Assembly: GCF_963921235.1 (NCBI RefSeq)
Contig: NC_086097.1
Location: 190,032,001 to 190,096,000, forward strand
DNA length: 64,000 bases
Reading direction: 5' to 3'
DNA from: Mobula hypostoma
Taxonomy: Eukaryota
Shown one piece after another: positions 1 through 11,714 of the stretch; the stretch's first letter is position 1, and each line of letters starts with the position of its first letter. Both the position numbers and the translations under genes were made by a program. The notes below the pieces were generated by a model. It did not search any database, had not been told where the DNA came from, and saw only the letters and a list, made by a program, of their open reading frames with translations.

Positions 1-300
1 CTCAATACTTGTCCAGAATATTTGTGTATTTCTCTTCAAATGTTTGAAAGCAGCAAAAATTATCAGGAATACAAACCTGATAATCTTTTCCCTCTTGAGT
101 TAAACCAATCAAATATTTCAATTCATTTTAGGTACCTATCAATAAAAGAATTGTACTCCCACCAGGAACAAATCTGTCAACTTCAAATTGACAAGGGATC
201 ATGCAGGATATGAAGAGCACTATCAGTTGCACTGGGCTATTTTCAACATACATCCAGTAATATACTCATAGCAGAAGGGAAATAACAGGGTTCTAAATCT

Positions 301-503
301 TTTATCATTAGAACCATTTTGTTAGTTTATATAACCGTCCTCCAGTCATTGAAGAAACACATATTGGGGAAACTGTTGATTATCTTATTTTGTTATTTAT
401 GAGTGCTGACAGTTGATCATGGGTTTATCATTAGAACCATTTTGTTCGTTTATATAACCGCCCTCCAGTTCTTGAAGAAACACATACTGGGGAAAACGTT
501 GAT
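301..503 (+). repeat. Local direct duplication, two ~80-bp copies (301-380 and 424-503), period 123
   Basis: TTTATCATTAGAACCATTTTGTT...GAAGAAACACATA(T/C)TGGGGAAA..GTTGAT occurs twice with a few substitutions. Confidence 0.9.
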
Positions 504-1589
504 CCAAGAAGGCAGAAACCTGCAGGTGCATGAGCTGCATTTGTAATGATATGGCATTCAATAATTTCTTTGCATAATGACTGAAAATAAAATACCACAA
601 AATATTTAAAGGAATGCTTTTAGACCACTAACAATGTTTTTTATAAATTACAAGGTAATCAATGTTGCCCAATTATCTTATTCTGGATAATATATTAGCT
701 GTTCACAGCAGGCAAAGATTATAGTTGATAAATCCAATGTGCACACATGTGTGCTATAAATAGAAGCAGACCCTGGTGCATTGTGCATCAGCTATCACAT
801 CGAAGCAGTTCAAGAATGATCAGTGCTTAGCACAACAAGATCAGCATCATAATTAACTTAACCTGTAGCCTGAGGCAGTGAACTTGTTAAACATTTACTA
901 CTGACATTATCGTTGATCTGTGTATCTATATTCAAAATCACCTGCATTATTGTTCAATAGTCTTTTTTCATACAAAATCTCTTCATTTTAAATCAAACTG
1001 AAGACCAATTTGCAGAAAATGTCTTGATTATTCAACTGAGAACACAAAGACAACATCCTAAATGTACTCAATACCAAATGGTGTTTAGTTTCGTTAAAGA
1101 GAGAAGCAAAACACTCATTTTGTTTAATTTTTCAACGCAAATTGAATGTGTACTAACATGTAGAAATTTTGTGTTAGAAATTACCACTTCAAATTTCAGG
1201 ATGGCAGATTTCCCTGGAGCTCTCACAGCTGCTCGCAAACCAATGTGGCTCTTATCAAGTATGGCATCAAACTCCTTTCTTTTAAAATCCGACTTGGTGC
1301 TTCTTCAGTTTCAGTAACACAAGGCAAAGGACACAATGCTGTGTTTGTGTTATAGTGAATTAGAACAAAATTTGAATTAAAGTACAAAAACAAAAAAAGT
1401 TGAACATTGGAAAACTGAAAGAAAAAGCAGCGAATTTTGGCATTCTCAGTAAGGCAAAACAGTGTAATGATATTTGCCATTCATGTAGCTCTTACAGTAC
1501 ATAAAACTCGTAATGAATTAAGCAAACAAAGAATGCTTAATCAAAAAAAAATATTTACAATAGAACTCTAATACAACTGAAATAATAAA

Positions 1590-2015
1590 TACACCAGTTG
1601 GGCCTTGAGGACTTGAGTTATAGGGAAGGTTGAATACGTTACATGTTTATTCCCTAGAAAGTAGAAGATTGAGGGGAGATTTGATAGAGATACAAAATTA
1701 TGAGGGATATAGCAGGCATTTTCCACTGAGGTTACCTGATCTGACAACTAGAGGTCATGAGTTAAGGGTAAAAGGTGAAATGTTTAAGTGGGAACATGAA
1801 GGTGAACATCTTCACTCTAAAGGGTGGTGAGAGTGTGGAACTGGCAGCCATTGCAAGTGGTAGATGCATGGTCAATATCAACTTTTAAGTGAAGTTGGGA
1901 TAGATACCTAAATGAGAGGGCTATAGTCTGGGTGCAGATCAATGGGACTAGACAGATTAATGGTTCAGCACGGACTAGATGGGCCATAGGAGGGATACTG
2001 CCAATACAGGCATAG
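1590..2015 (+). mobile_element. CR1 LINE 3' fragment
   Basis: Translation YSLESRRLRGDLIE is the CR1 ORF2 C-terminal motif, followed by a CR1-type 3'UTR. Confidence 0.8.
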
Positions 2016-2223
2016 TGTAAATCATGAATAAAAGATGCAAATGGAAAAGTAATACAACAATCAGGGAGGAACTTTATTCCATGTATAATGTGGGCAAACC
2101 CAATTAGCAGTTTTAGCATGGAAGATTAATTCAGAGTTTCTAAATGATTATGTTGAGAAATCGATGAAAGAACGTGTCCCTCTAGATCTAGCATTACAGA
2201 ATGAGAGAAGTTTAATCGACAAT

Positions 2224-2320
2224 ACACACAAAATGCTGGAGGAACTCAACAGGTCAGGCAGCATCAATGGAGAAGAGTAAACAGTTGACATTTCACACTG
2301 AGACCCTTCTTCAGGACTAA
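2224..2320 (-). mobile_element. Short Penelope terminal (pLTR) fragment with decayed hammerhead motif
   Basis: Reverse complement TAGTCCTGAAGAAGGGTCTCAGTGTGAAATGTCAACTG...GATGCTGCCTGACCTGTTGAGTTCCTCCAGCATTTTGTGTGT is homologous to the Penelope ends at 17389-17480 and 34578-34670. Confidence 0.8.
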
Positions 2321-2329
2321 TTAAATGGT

Positions 2330-4430
2330 GGTCTGGTAGTTAAGGGCCCTTTAGGAAGAATGAATATAATAAGATAGAATTTTATATAAAAAGTGAAGTC
2401 AATCCAAAAGCAGAGTCTTAAATCTGCATGAAGCAAACTATGAAGACATGAAATTGGCTTTCATAGATTGAAAATCTACATTAAAAGGTGTGATAATAAA
2501 TAAGTATTCATTAACTTTTAAAGTAGTAACAAAAAGTTCACAAGTTATATATAACATTATTTGGCAAAATACAGGGAATGTGGAGCAGCAGTGACAATGA
2601 ACAGAAGATAAAAGTAGTATTCTATCAAAGGAAAAGGTGTAAGTTGTTATCAAACAAAAAAACCTGAGGGCTGTAAATTCAACAAAGAAGGAAAGGGAAG
2701 TTAGAACTAGAGCTGGCTACAATGAAACATAAGACTGCAAGAGCTTCTGTAGACATGTAAAGATTAACTGAACTTAATGTGGGTCTGTTAATTGGGAATC
2801 AAGGATGGAAAAATAAGTAGCTATTTTCTGTCTCACTTCATGAAAGATGACAAGCATAGGATTCTGGAAATAGTCGAATGCTACATATTTAGAATGAGCA
2901 AAGAGATTAACATTAGTGAAAATAAATAGCATGAAGGAGTTAATCAGCCTGAAAAGCAATAATTCCCTTGGCACACTAGGGTTTTGAAGAGGTTAGCTAT
3001 TTTTTAAGTTGTCAGAATCATTTCCTCAGCCAGAAGGTAGCAAATGCAACTCCAGAGGGAAGTAAGAGAGAACATGACATCAGTAGTAGGGGAAATAGTG
3101 AAATCCATTGTGAAGGAAATGGTAGAAGGGCCCCTGGAATATAACAAACCCGCAGGAATTTTTTAGGTTGTAACTGATGGAATGGTAAAGGGTGAGCCAG
3201 CTGAAGATTTATATCTTGACAAGGTACAACACAAGGTAATTCAACAGACTTTGAGTGCATAGTATTGTGCCTGGTAAGAAATGCTCTTCAACAGAAAAGC
3301 CCAGGAAAAGTAGTACAAAAAACCTGAGGTACGGGCATAGCCAGGCACGCTCATTTCTAATTGCAAGGAACTTTTGGACTATTCCAGTGGTGTTTAGTAT
3401 TGTGGCTTGCTGAATATTTACATAGATATTACTGTGTAACCCTAATTGTTTAATGCTATTGTGTAGTGCCTTTGGGATGATACCAGTTGTAGATATTACT
3501 ATTGGGACAATGTATACCTTGGTCATGTTCCAAAGTCTTTCAATTTCCTCTTTTAATTCAGCATATTTCTGGTGTTTTTTACTTATTGAATTCTGTAAGT
3601 TATGTGCGTTTGAAATGGATATATCTATTAAGTAAGTTGTCCTTGATCATCTATCCTGTATTTTTGTTTCTAGACAGTTATTATGGACTGTCCTATCTAA
3701 AATAAAGGATCACCATAAAATAATTTGTGGGATTCTGACTCTAAAACTGGATCAGGCTTTCATTTATAGTAACATGTGGTTTCTTTTATGAGTTTGTATT
3801 TTAAAGCAAGATTTTGATGAGTGATGTTTGCCACTTGATTGTGCCTGTGTAAGTAATCAAACTGAGTTAAATGGGTTATTATTATCTCTTCTTTTCTTTT
3901 CATGTTTGCACAGTTTGTTGTCTTTTGCACATTGGCTATTTGTCCATCCTGTTGCCTACAGTCCTTCATTCATTCTATTGTGTTTCTTGAGTTTACTGTG
4001 AATGCCCACAAGAAATTGAATCTCTGGATTGTATGTACTTTGGCAATAAATTTATTTTGAATTTTAATCTCTTGGAGTTGGTTAATATAAGGAAATCAGA
4101 AAGCAGGTATAGCAGGTATAGTTAAGTCATTTTTTGGCTTGAGAAGCTGTGACCAGTGACCTGATGCTGGAATCCATTTGCAATCCATATCAGTGATTCG
4201 GATGATGGTAAAGTACAAATGGTCAAAGACTGAGAGGTACCGTGGGGTATTAGAAGGGTGCTGAGATGCTTCAAAGACATTTGAAAACCCTGCTTTTGGA
4301 ATGATGTTGTTAAAACAGAAAGAGTCTAGAAAAGATTTGCAGTGGTGGTGCCAGTACTTGAGGGACTAAGCTATTTCGAGTGGTCGGACAAGCTAGAACT
4401 TTATTCATTTGATTGTTGGAGACTGGAATT
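2330..4430 (+). mobile_element. Very old, degenerate CR1 LINE interrupted by later insertions (about 3300-4070)
   Basis: Scattered CR1 ORF2-like motifs on both sides of the interruption (e.g. CTTGACAAGGTACAACACAAG = FDKVPH-like; YSFDCWRL near 4400); no open frame. Confidence 0.5.
3300..3872 (-). mobile_element. 3' fragment of an R4/Dong-like non-LTR retrotransposon (restriction-like endonuclease domain), pseudogenised
   Basis: Minus-strand translation across stops and frameshifts: DYLHRHNQVANITHQNLALKYKL...YLIDISISNAHNLQNSISKKHQKYAELKEEIERLWNMTKVYIVPIVISTTGIIPK. The RHN, LID and K..KY motifs are typical of RLE-bearing LINEs. Confidence 0.8.
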
Positions 4431-5139
4431 GGAATTGGAATTGAGTGTATTATTGTCACATGTACCAAGATACAGTGAAAAACTCGTCTTGCATACTGTT
4501 CATACAGATCAGATCATTATGAAGTGCATTGAGGTAGAACAAAGTCAATTTATTTTATTTACATTTTAAAATTTAGTTTCTATTGTTATTACATGTTGCA
4601 ATGTACCGCTGCTACAAAACAACAAATTTGTCAGTGATATTAAACCCGATTCTGATTATTCCTTGATTCTTTGAATTCAAAGGTTATTGATGTTTGTAGA
4701 TCTACAGATATATGCTTAATTTACTCATAATTTATAAGTAATTGGGGGATCAGTAGTGGACAGAATCAGCAGGTTTAAATTCCTGGCATTAACAGATTGG
4801 ATGACCTGTCTTGGACCCAGCACAAAAGTACAATCACAAGGAAAGCACACCAGCATTTGATCTTAAGGAAAGCATACGAGTTTATCACTGAACGCTGTCA
4901 AGAACGGATCCTGACCCGGATCTGGGCCATACCCTCCACATATCTGGACCTGCCTTTCGGATTTTTTGCACTACTTTACTTTCTCTTTTCTATTTTCTAT
5001 TTATGATTTATAATTTAGATTTTTAATATTTACTATTGATTTGTACTCCAGGGAGCATGAAGAGCAGAATCAAATATCGCTTTGATGATTGTACGCTCTA
5101 GTATCAATTGTTTGGCGACAATGAAATATAAAGGATGTG

Positions 5140-6105
5140 CCCTGTGGGACTGTGCACCTGTATATGTTAGTTTTTGTCTTAACCCCTTTTGCGTTCTGTT
5201 CAATCTTGTCGACTTTATTTTGACTGGCATGGGTTTTCTGTGCACTGCACTTATTTAAAGCAGACCCCAATTAGCACTGATTGTGGAGTTCTAGTGTGTT
5301 TTAAGAAGGATTCATCTCGTGGAGTCACTGAGTCAAATGTTCAGTTTGAGTTTTGATGAATAAACTTCTGTTTCTGTCTCAACACGGGAGTCTGTTGTTC
5401 CTCGCACCTGGGTTCAGTCATCTGTCAGCGCACACCGTGACAGAAGGACCTCGCATCATAAATGTACCCGTGGAGGTTCACAGCAGCTTGGACATCAGTC
5501 AGCTGGAGGTGAGGGTGCCTTCTATTCTCAGTGTCTGCTCTGAGTTCCGAGTTTCTCTAGTCCATGTTCCGAGCTTGACTTGTCTATGTTCAAGGCCGTC
5601 AAGGTTTCCTGAGGACTATTCCAGGCTTCTGAGGACTATTCCATTTTTTCCAAGAACTATTCCTTGTTTTAAAGACTATTCTTTGTTCCTGAATTTGATG
5701 CTATGTTCCTGAGTTTGATTCTATGTTTCCAAGTTAAATGCAATGTTATAAGCTGTTTTCTTTCCCGAGTTTTCCAGTTGTGTCTCCAGAGCATCAGGCC
5801 TGTCTCAAAATAACCAGGTGTGTTTTGAATTTACTAGCCCTGTCTTAAGGTCCCAAGGACTACCTGGATGGTCAGGTGTCGGCCTTAGGGAGGGAGGTAC
5901 CATCATATGCCCTTCGGGCCTGTTAATTGGTGTCTTATTTAGAATTGTTAAGCCCTTGTGCTTTCTGCTGAATCTTGTCAAATTTATTTTGACTGGCACA
6001 GGTTTTCAGCATACTGCACTTATTTAAAGCAGGTTCCCTAATATCACTGATTGTGGAGTCCTTGTGTGCTTCAAGAAGGATTTATCTTGCAGTGTTGCTC
6101 GGTCT
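5140..6105 (+). mobile_element. Degenerate LTR-type element: two partial long direct repeats flanking a short internal region
   Basis: About 5178-5335 is repeated at about 5947-6105. The first copy has AATAAA near 5359 and ends CCGTGACA at 5442; the second copy appears to start TGTC at 5841. Confidence 0.55.
5605..5730 (+). repeat. Degenerate ~20-bp tandem repeat (CTGAGGACTATTCC-like units)
   Basis: CCTGAGGACTATTCC, TCTGAGGACTATTCC, CAAGAACTATTCC, AAAGACTATTCT, then GTTCCTGA(A/G)TTTGAT twice. Confidence 0.65.
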
Positions 6106-6584
6106 AGCCACCTCCACACCATTGACAGCACTGCCTTGTGAAGGCAACACTTTTCATGAAAGATCCCCACCATCCACGTAATCCAATTTCTCGCAGCTTA
6201 CGTTGGTGGAAAGTACACAAGCTTAGAGTCTCACAACACCAGTTATAGAATAACTGCTTCCTTTCACCTATTTAGTTCTCGAACCAATCGGTAAAAGCCG
6301 AATCAATACATTTTAGCAACACTTTGATCACTTTGCAATGAAATGGACTTGATTATTTTTTGTTCTAATGCTGTTGCACGTTAAGTTTTTGCATTTCACC
6401 TGTGTATTTGTGCGTGTGACATAAACTCAACTTGACTTTGACTTTGTAATTCCTACTTGATACTGGATTGGGGGCGAAGTTTGGATACTTTCTCTTGGCT
6501 TCATCTGAAAGAACTTCCATCTAGAAAGTCTTGATCTAAGGCTGTCTACATACACTCACTAAACTGGAATATGCAAGGATATCT

Positions 6585-7225
6585 CTCTGGGGTTCCCACC
6601 TTCTCCAAAAGGGCAGCAATCATAACAGTGCCCAAGAAGAGCAGGAAGAGCTGCCTCATTGACCATCACTGGTAGAACTGACACCGACTGTGATGAAGTG
6701 CTTTGAGAAATTGGTGATGGCTAGAATTAATTCCTGCCTGAGCAAGGACCTTGATTTGCCTACTATCTATGGCAGAAGCAATCTTACTGGCTCTGTACTG
6801 GGCTTTGGACTATCTGAGCATCAGCAATACCTATGTCAGGCTACTGCTTATCACCCTTTGTCATTCAACACCATAATCCCCTCAGTACTAATCAACAATC
6901 ACCAACTAATCAATGAGGACATCATCCAAAGGTGGTGCCTGATGAAAATGGCATCCCCCACCACCCAAACATGTCCTGTACTCATTACTACAATCAGGGA
7001 GGAGGTGCTGGATCTAGATGACCCACACTCAATGCTTTAGAAACAACTTCATCCCCTCTGCCACCAGATAACTTAATGGCCATGAACTCTAACCCCTTTT
7101 GCTTTATTTATTTAGTTGTTTGTTTGTTTGTTTATTGCATATGGTGTTGTCCACACTGTACTCCTGCCGCAAAACAACAAATTTTATAACTTCTGACAGT
7201 GACAATAAACCTAATTCTGATTCTG
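6585..7225 (+). mobile_element. Degenerate, internally deleted Rex1/Babar LINE
   Basis: Translation MKCFEKLVMARINSCL; ends with AATAAACCTAATTCTGATTCTGAT tail. Confidence 0.7.
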
Positions 7226-7343
7226 ATCATAATTAGCTGAAAATTCAACTGAACTGCTAAGTTGTCTGTGTCAAGTCTACCCAGTGCTGAATTGTCTGAC
7301 AGGAGGGTGTTTGGTGAGGCTCATGCTGGCAATGAATTTTCTT

Positions 7344-7716
7344 ATAAGACCATAGACCATAAGACAAAGGAGCAGAAGTCGGCCATTTGGCCCATCGAGT
7401 CTGCTCCGCCATTTTATCATGAGCTGATCCATTCTCCCATTTAGTCCTACTCCCCCGCCTTCTCACCATAACCTTTGATGCCCTGGCTACTCAGATACTT
7501 GTCAATCTCTGCCTTAAATACACCCAATGACTTGGCCTCCACTGCCGCCTGTGGCAACAAATTCCATAGATTCACCACCCTTTGGTTAAAAACATTTCTT
7601 CACATCTCTGTTCTGAGTGGGCGCCTTTCAATCCTTAAGTCATGCCCTCTCGTACTAGACTCCCCCATCATGGGAAACAATTTTGCCAGATCCACTCTGT
7701 CCATGCCTTTCAACGT
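7344..7716 (-). mobile_element. CR1 LINE 3' end, same subfamily as 46670-49570
   Basis: Near-identical to 46685-47045, including the ACCATAAG-type tail repeats. Confidence 0.9.
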
Positions 7717-8056
7717 TAATGTTTTATTTTGCTTTATTTTTATGTTTTATTTGAAAATCTAATAACCACCATGTCACTTTCCAAGTAATCTTTTTCTAAT
7801 GAAAGAACCTTAGGATGACCAACTGCAGTAAGATTATAGGTAGGACTCTTTGGTCTGAATGTGTCAGCACAAATCAGCACATATTTACATCTGTGCTTCA
7901 ATAATACATTTTGATGAATGTAGCCTACTTCACTCTCACAGTCCAACTTTCAATTACTTGTATCCTTGAATTGTAATTATTCAGGACCGATGTTCTTTGA
8001 GCTATGTTCCAGCTGGCACAACTGCACATTTATTTGAATTGTAACCTACCAACCTT

Positions 8057-11000
8057 ATAGATAGATAGGTAGATAGATACTTTATTGATCCCAAAGGAAA
8101 TTATAATGTCACAGTAGCATTACAAGTGCACAGATATACAAGTATTAGAAGAGAAAAAAGAAAGAATAAAAAATAAGTTACCTCAAATAGTCTAACAGGA
8201 AGGGTTCATCACTTCCCTGGCTATAGGTTGACTCACTAAGGGTAAGAATGACCTCATATAGTGCTCTTTGGAGGAGCAGTTGTCTTCACCTATTACTAGT
8301 ATGATGATGTTAAGATGGCGTCGATAACTGGCGACTCTGCGCGTGCTCTCTCAAGCAAACTGCCCTCTACACTATCCTATACCCAGGAAACCCTTCTAAA
8401 CCTCCAATCTGCTACATCTAGCAAGATCAAGATCGACAACACCCTGGTGAAGCTACTGACCCAGCTGGAGACCACTGCGCCAGAATTGCTTCTTAAACTC
8501 CGGACCGCACCTGCACCCGACCAGCGAGGCCTGGTCCGAGGCCCACCACGTTCTCGGAGACCCGCGGCCTGCTACCGCGCCAGAGAGCTTGGAGACATGG
8601 CCCATTCCGACCAGCACCTCTCCAGAGCAGACGACCACACAGAAGTGACGGCGGAGACCTCAAGGTGCCCCAGACGCTTCCCCGGAGCAACCACCGTAAA
8701 GCCCCATTGGTGGCCATCCACAGCTGCCGGAAGTGTGGCCTCCGCCGCTGACTTCATAAATCGAGCCCGAGGCTCGGCTGGAGTGGAGGCTTCTGCAACC
8801 GTGACTCGGCTTACGGACTTGTTTCAACCAGGAGCCCGACCCTCTGGGATTAAGTGTCAGCTTCGGGGCCTGACCCAATCGACAGCCCGGTCCCCGGCAG
8901 CTGGAAGTGGCAGCGAAGTCTCCCCCATCACTCGGCCTGACCCGGAGTGCCCGACGATGCGACCCGCCGATCGATCCCCGCGGGACGCGTCCACCAACCT
9001 CAAAGAGCTGACAACAACACACTGCATCGATGGAAACCTGGAAGGATGCACTATTTACCAAGGAAGCGTGGGAAAAGAGCTGGGCTGCTGGTCAGATTGA
9101 AGCAGATTGAAGCAGAGGCTTCAGGGTCCCTACGACCACCATCCTACTAGCTAATGTGCAAGCCATAGAGAACAAGGTGGATGATCTTAAAGGGAGACTC
9201 ACCTACTGCAGGGAGGTGCAGAACTGCTGTGTATTCTGTTTCACCAAGACCTGGCTCTCCCCTGCCACCCCTGACTGTGCCATCCGACTGGAGGGATTTT
9301 CAATCCATTGGATGGACCGCACGGTGTCTTCGGGCAAGACAAGGGGAGGTTGTGTCTGCCTACTGATCAACACTGCGTGGTGCTCGGACACAGTGGCACT
9401 GACAAGCTCCTGCAGCCCGGACCTGGAACACCTGTCGGTGAAGTGTTGTCTCTACTATTTGCCACGGGAATTCACCTCAGTCATACTGACGGCGGTCTAC
9501 ATTCCTTCCCCCAGGCAGATGTGGAGTGTGCTCTGAACATACTGTATGCCAACATCAGTGAACTTGAGACCAGGTATCCAGAGGCTTTGCTCATTACAGC
9601 CGGGGACTTTAACCAGGCCAACCTCAGAAAGGCGCTGTCAAAGTTATACCAACATGTCTCCTGCTCCACTAGAGGCCCGAATATATTTGACCACTGCTAC
9701 ACAGCAGTCAAGGATGTCTACCGTTCCGTCCCACGACCTCACTTCAATAAATCGGACCAACAGGCTGTACTCCTCCTCCCAGCTTAAAACAGAAACTGAA
9801 GTGGGAGGTCACGGTGTCAAAAGTAGTGTCGTGTTGGACGGAGGAAACAGATGAGGTCATCCGTGACTGCTTTGAATCGGTGGACTGGTTAGTATTCAAG
9901 GACTCAGCAGCTAACCTTAATAAGTATGCCTCAGCTGTCACGGACTTCATTTGGAAATGCACGGAGGACTGTGTGTCTCGCAAGACGATCCAGGTATTCC
10001 CTAACCGGAAACTTTGGATGAATTATGAGGTCAAGTCCCTTTTAAAGGCTAGAGCTGCGGCTTTCAGGTCCGGGGATACCAGTCGCTACACGGAATCCAG
10101 GCGTGAACTCCGGAAAGCCATTAAGGGTGCCAAGAGGCAATATCGAGCCAAGTTGGAAGCCCAGGCTAACCAGAGGGATGCCAGTAGACTATGGCAGGGT
10201 CTAAATGAGATCACTGGGTGCAAAGAAAAGGCTGGGAATATCAATAACTGTGGCGATTCTCTTCCTGACGAATTTAACGTATTCAATGCAAGATTCGAAC
10301 AGAAGAGGAGCGTCCTGCTCCCTCCGGATGAACCGGACCTGGTGGCATAGAGATTTGTCATCACCAAGGAGGACGTTAGAAGGGCCTTCCTGAAGATAAA
10401 TCCAAGGAAGGTGACAGGCCCAGATGGCGTCCCAGGACGGGTTCTCCGGGCCTGTGCAAGTGAGCTAGCTGGCGTGTTTGCTGACATCTTCAACTGCTCC
10501 TTGCTTCAGTCTAAATTCCCCTCATGTTTTAAGAAGGCAACGATAATCCCAGTGCCGAAGAAGAGCAAGGCATGCCTGAATGACTGTCGACCTGTGGCTC
10601 TGACATCAATTGCTATGAAGTGCTTTGAGCGATTGGTTATGGCACACATCAACCACAGCCTACCGGTCAACCTCGACGCTTTGCAATTCATCTACCAGAA
10701 CAACAGGTCAACAGCAGATGCCATCTCCCTGGTCCTACATTCCTCCTTAGAACACCTGGAGAATAAAGACACATTCGTAAGGCTCCTTTTCAAGAGAAAC
10801 ATTGCCCAGAATTGCTAGGATTTCCATAGGGTTCTTGTTTCTACCACAGCCTCTAGTGTGTCCAGTTTGACTCCTATAACAAAGCCAGCCTTTCTAATCA
10901 GTTTATTGAGCCTGTTGGTATCACCTGTGTTGATGCTATTACCCCAGCACACCACCACGTAGAAGATTGCACCGGCAAAAACAAACTGGTAGAACGTATG

Positions 11001-11220
11001 AATGAGAGGCCTGCATACTCCAAAGGATCTCAATCTCTTCAGCAACTCTACCCCTTCTCGAACACAGCCTCTATTTTGGTGCTCCACTCAAATCTGTCAT
11101 CCAGGTGCACCCTCAGGTACTTGTAGGTCCTCACATCACATCCATGTCCTCACCATCAATGGTAACAGGGAGTAGTGCAGGCTTAATCTTCCTCAAGTCC
11201 GTCACCATCTCCTTTGTCTT
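8057..11220 (-). mobile_element. Rex1/Babar LINE 3' portion, split in two (8057-8298 and 10793-11220) by an opposite-strand LINE
   Basis: (TAGA)n tail plus TTTATT at 8057-8086. ORF 10815-11087 LKRLRSFGVCRPLIHTFYQ...VVCWG...RLNKLIRKAG is the Rex1 RT C-terminal region. Confidence 0.75.
8300..10792 (+). mobile_element. Rex1/Babar LINE with apparent 5' end, APE endonuclease and N-terminal RT; 3'-deleted, with frameshifts and stops
   Basis: LLANVQAIENK, KTWL, GGCVC, AVY, AGDFN, DHCY, SDQ (APE domain); [44 protein letters not shown] (RT). It breaks off at VRLLF. Confidence 0.9.
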
Positions 11221-11714
11221 ATGATATTTTGTTCACTACATTTTATAAACAATGTACTCTAAACCCCAATTTAATTGCTACACCTTGTTCTCCGTATGCC
11301 ATTCTTCAGCCTCCTTGAACCTTAGGCTTTTCTGGAATGTTACAACTATTTAATATGCTTTGTTCTTCTTATTTTTTTATTTGCTACTATTGACTCCTTA
11401 GCACAACTTTCAACAGACATAAATCTCTCCGATCACGAGCATCAGACTCCAGGCTTTTTCACATATTGTTGTAGTGGCAGGTAAATCACAGATGATGCAA
11501 AGAGGCAAATACTGCAACCTGTTTTTTTCTTCTGTACTGTGATACCTTGCATATAATATATCCAGAAATTTGCAAGGAAATGATCACATTTCAAAGTCAT
11601 ACATAAATCTGGCTGGTATGACATTTCATACCATCAAACAGACATTAAAAGCCATAGTTGAGTGATATATAAGTGCAGTGCTGCTTTTCTTCAGCACAAC
11701 AAATCTAAAAAGGA

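Noticed and set aside
5605..5730. CRISPR-like repeat array
   Set aside because: Degenerate short tandem units without unique spacers, in a vertebrate context with no cas genes.
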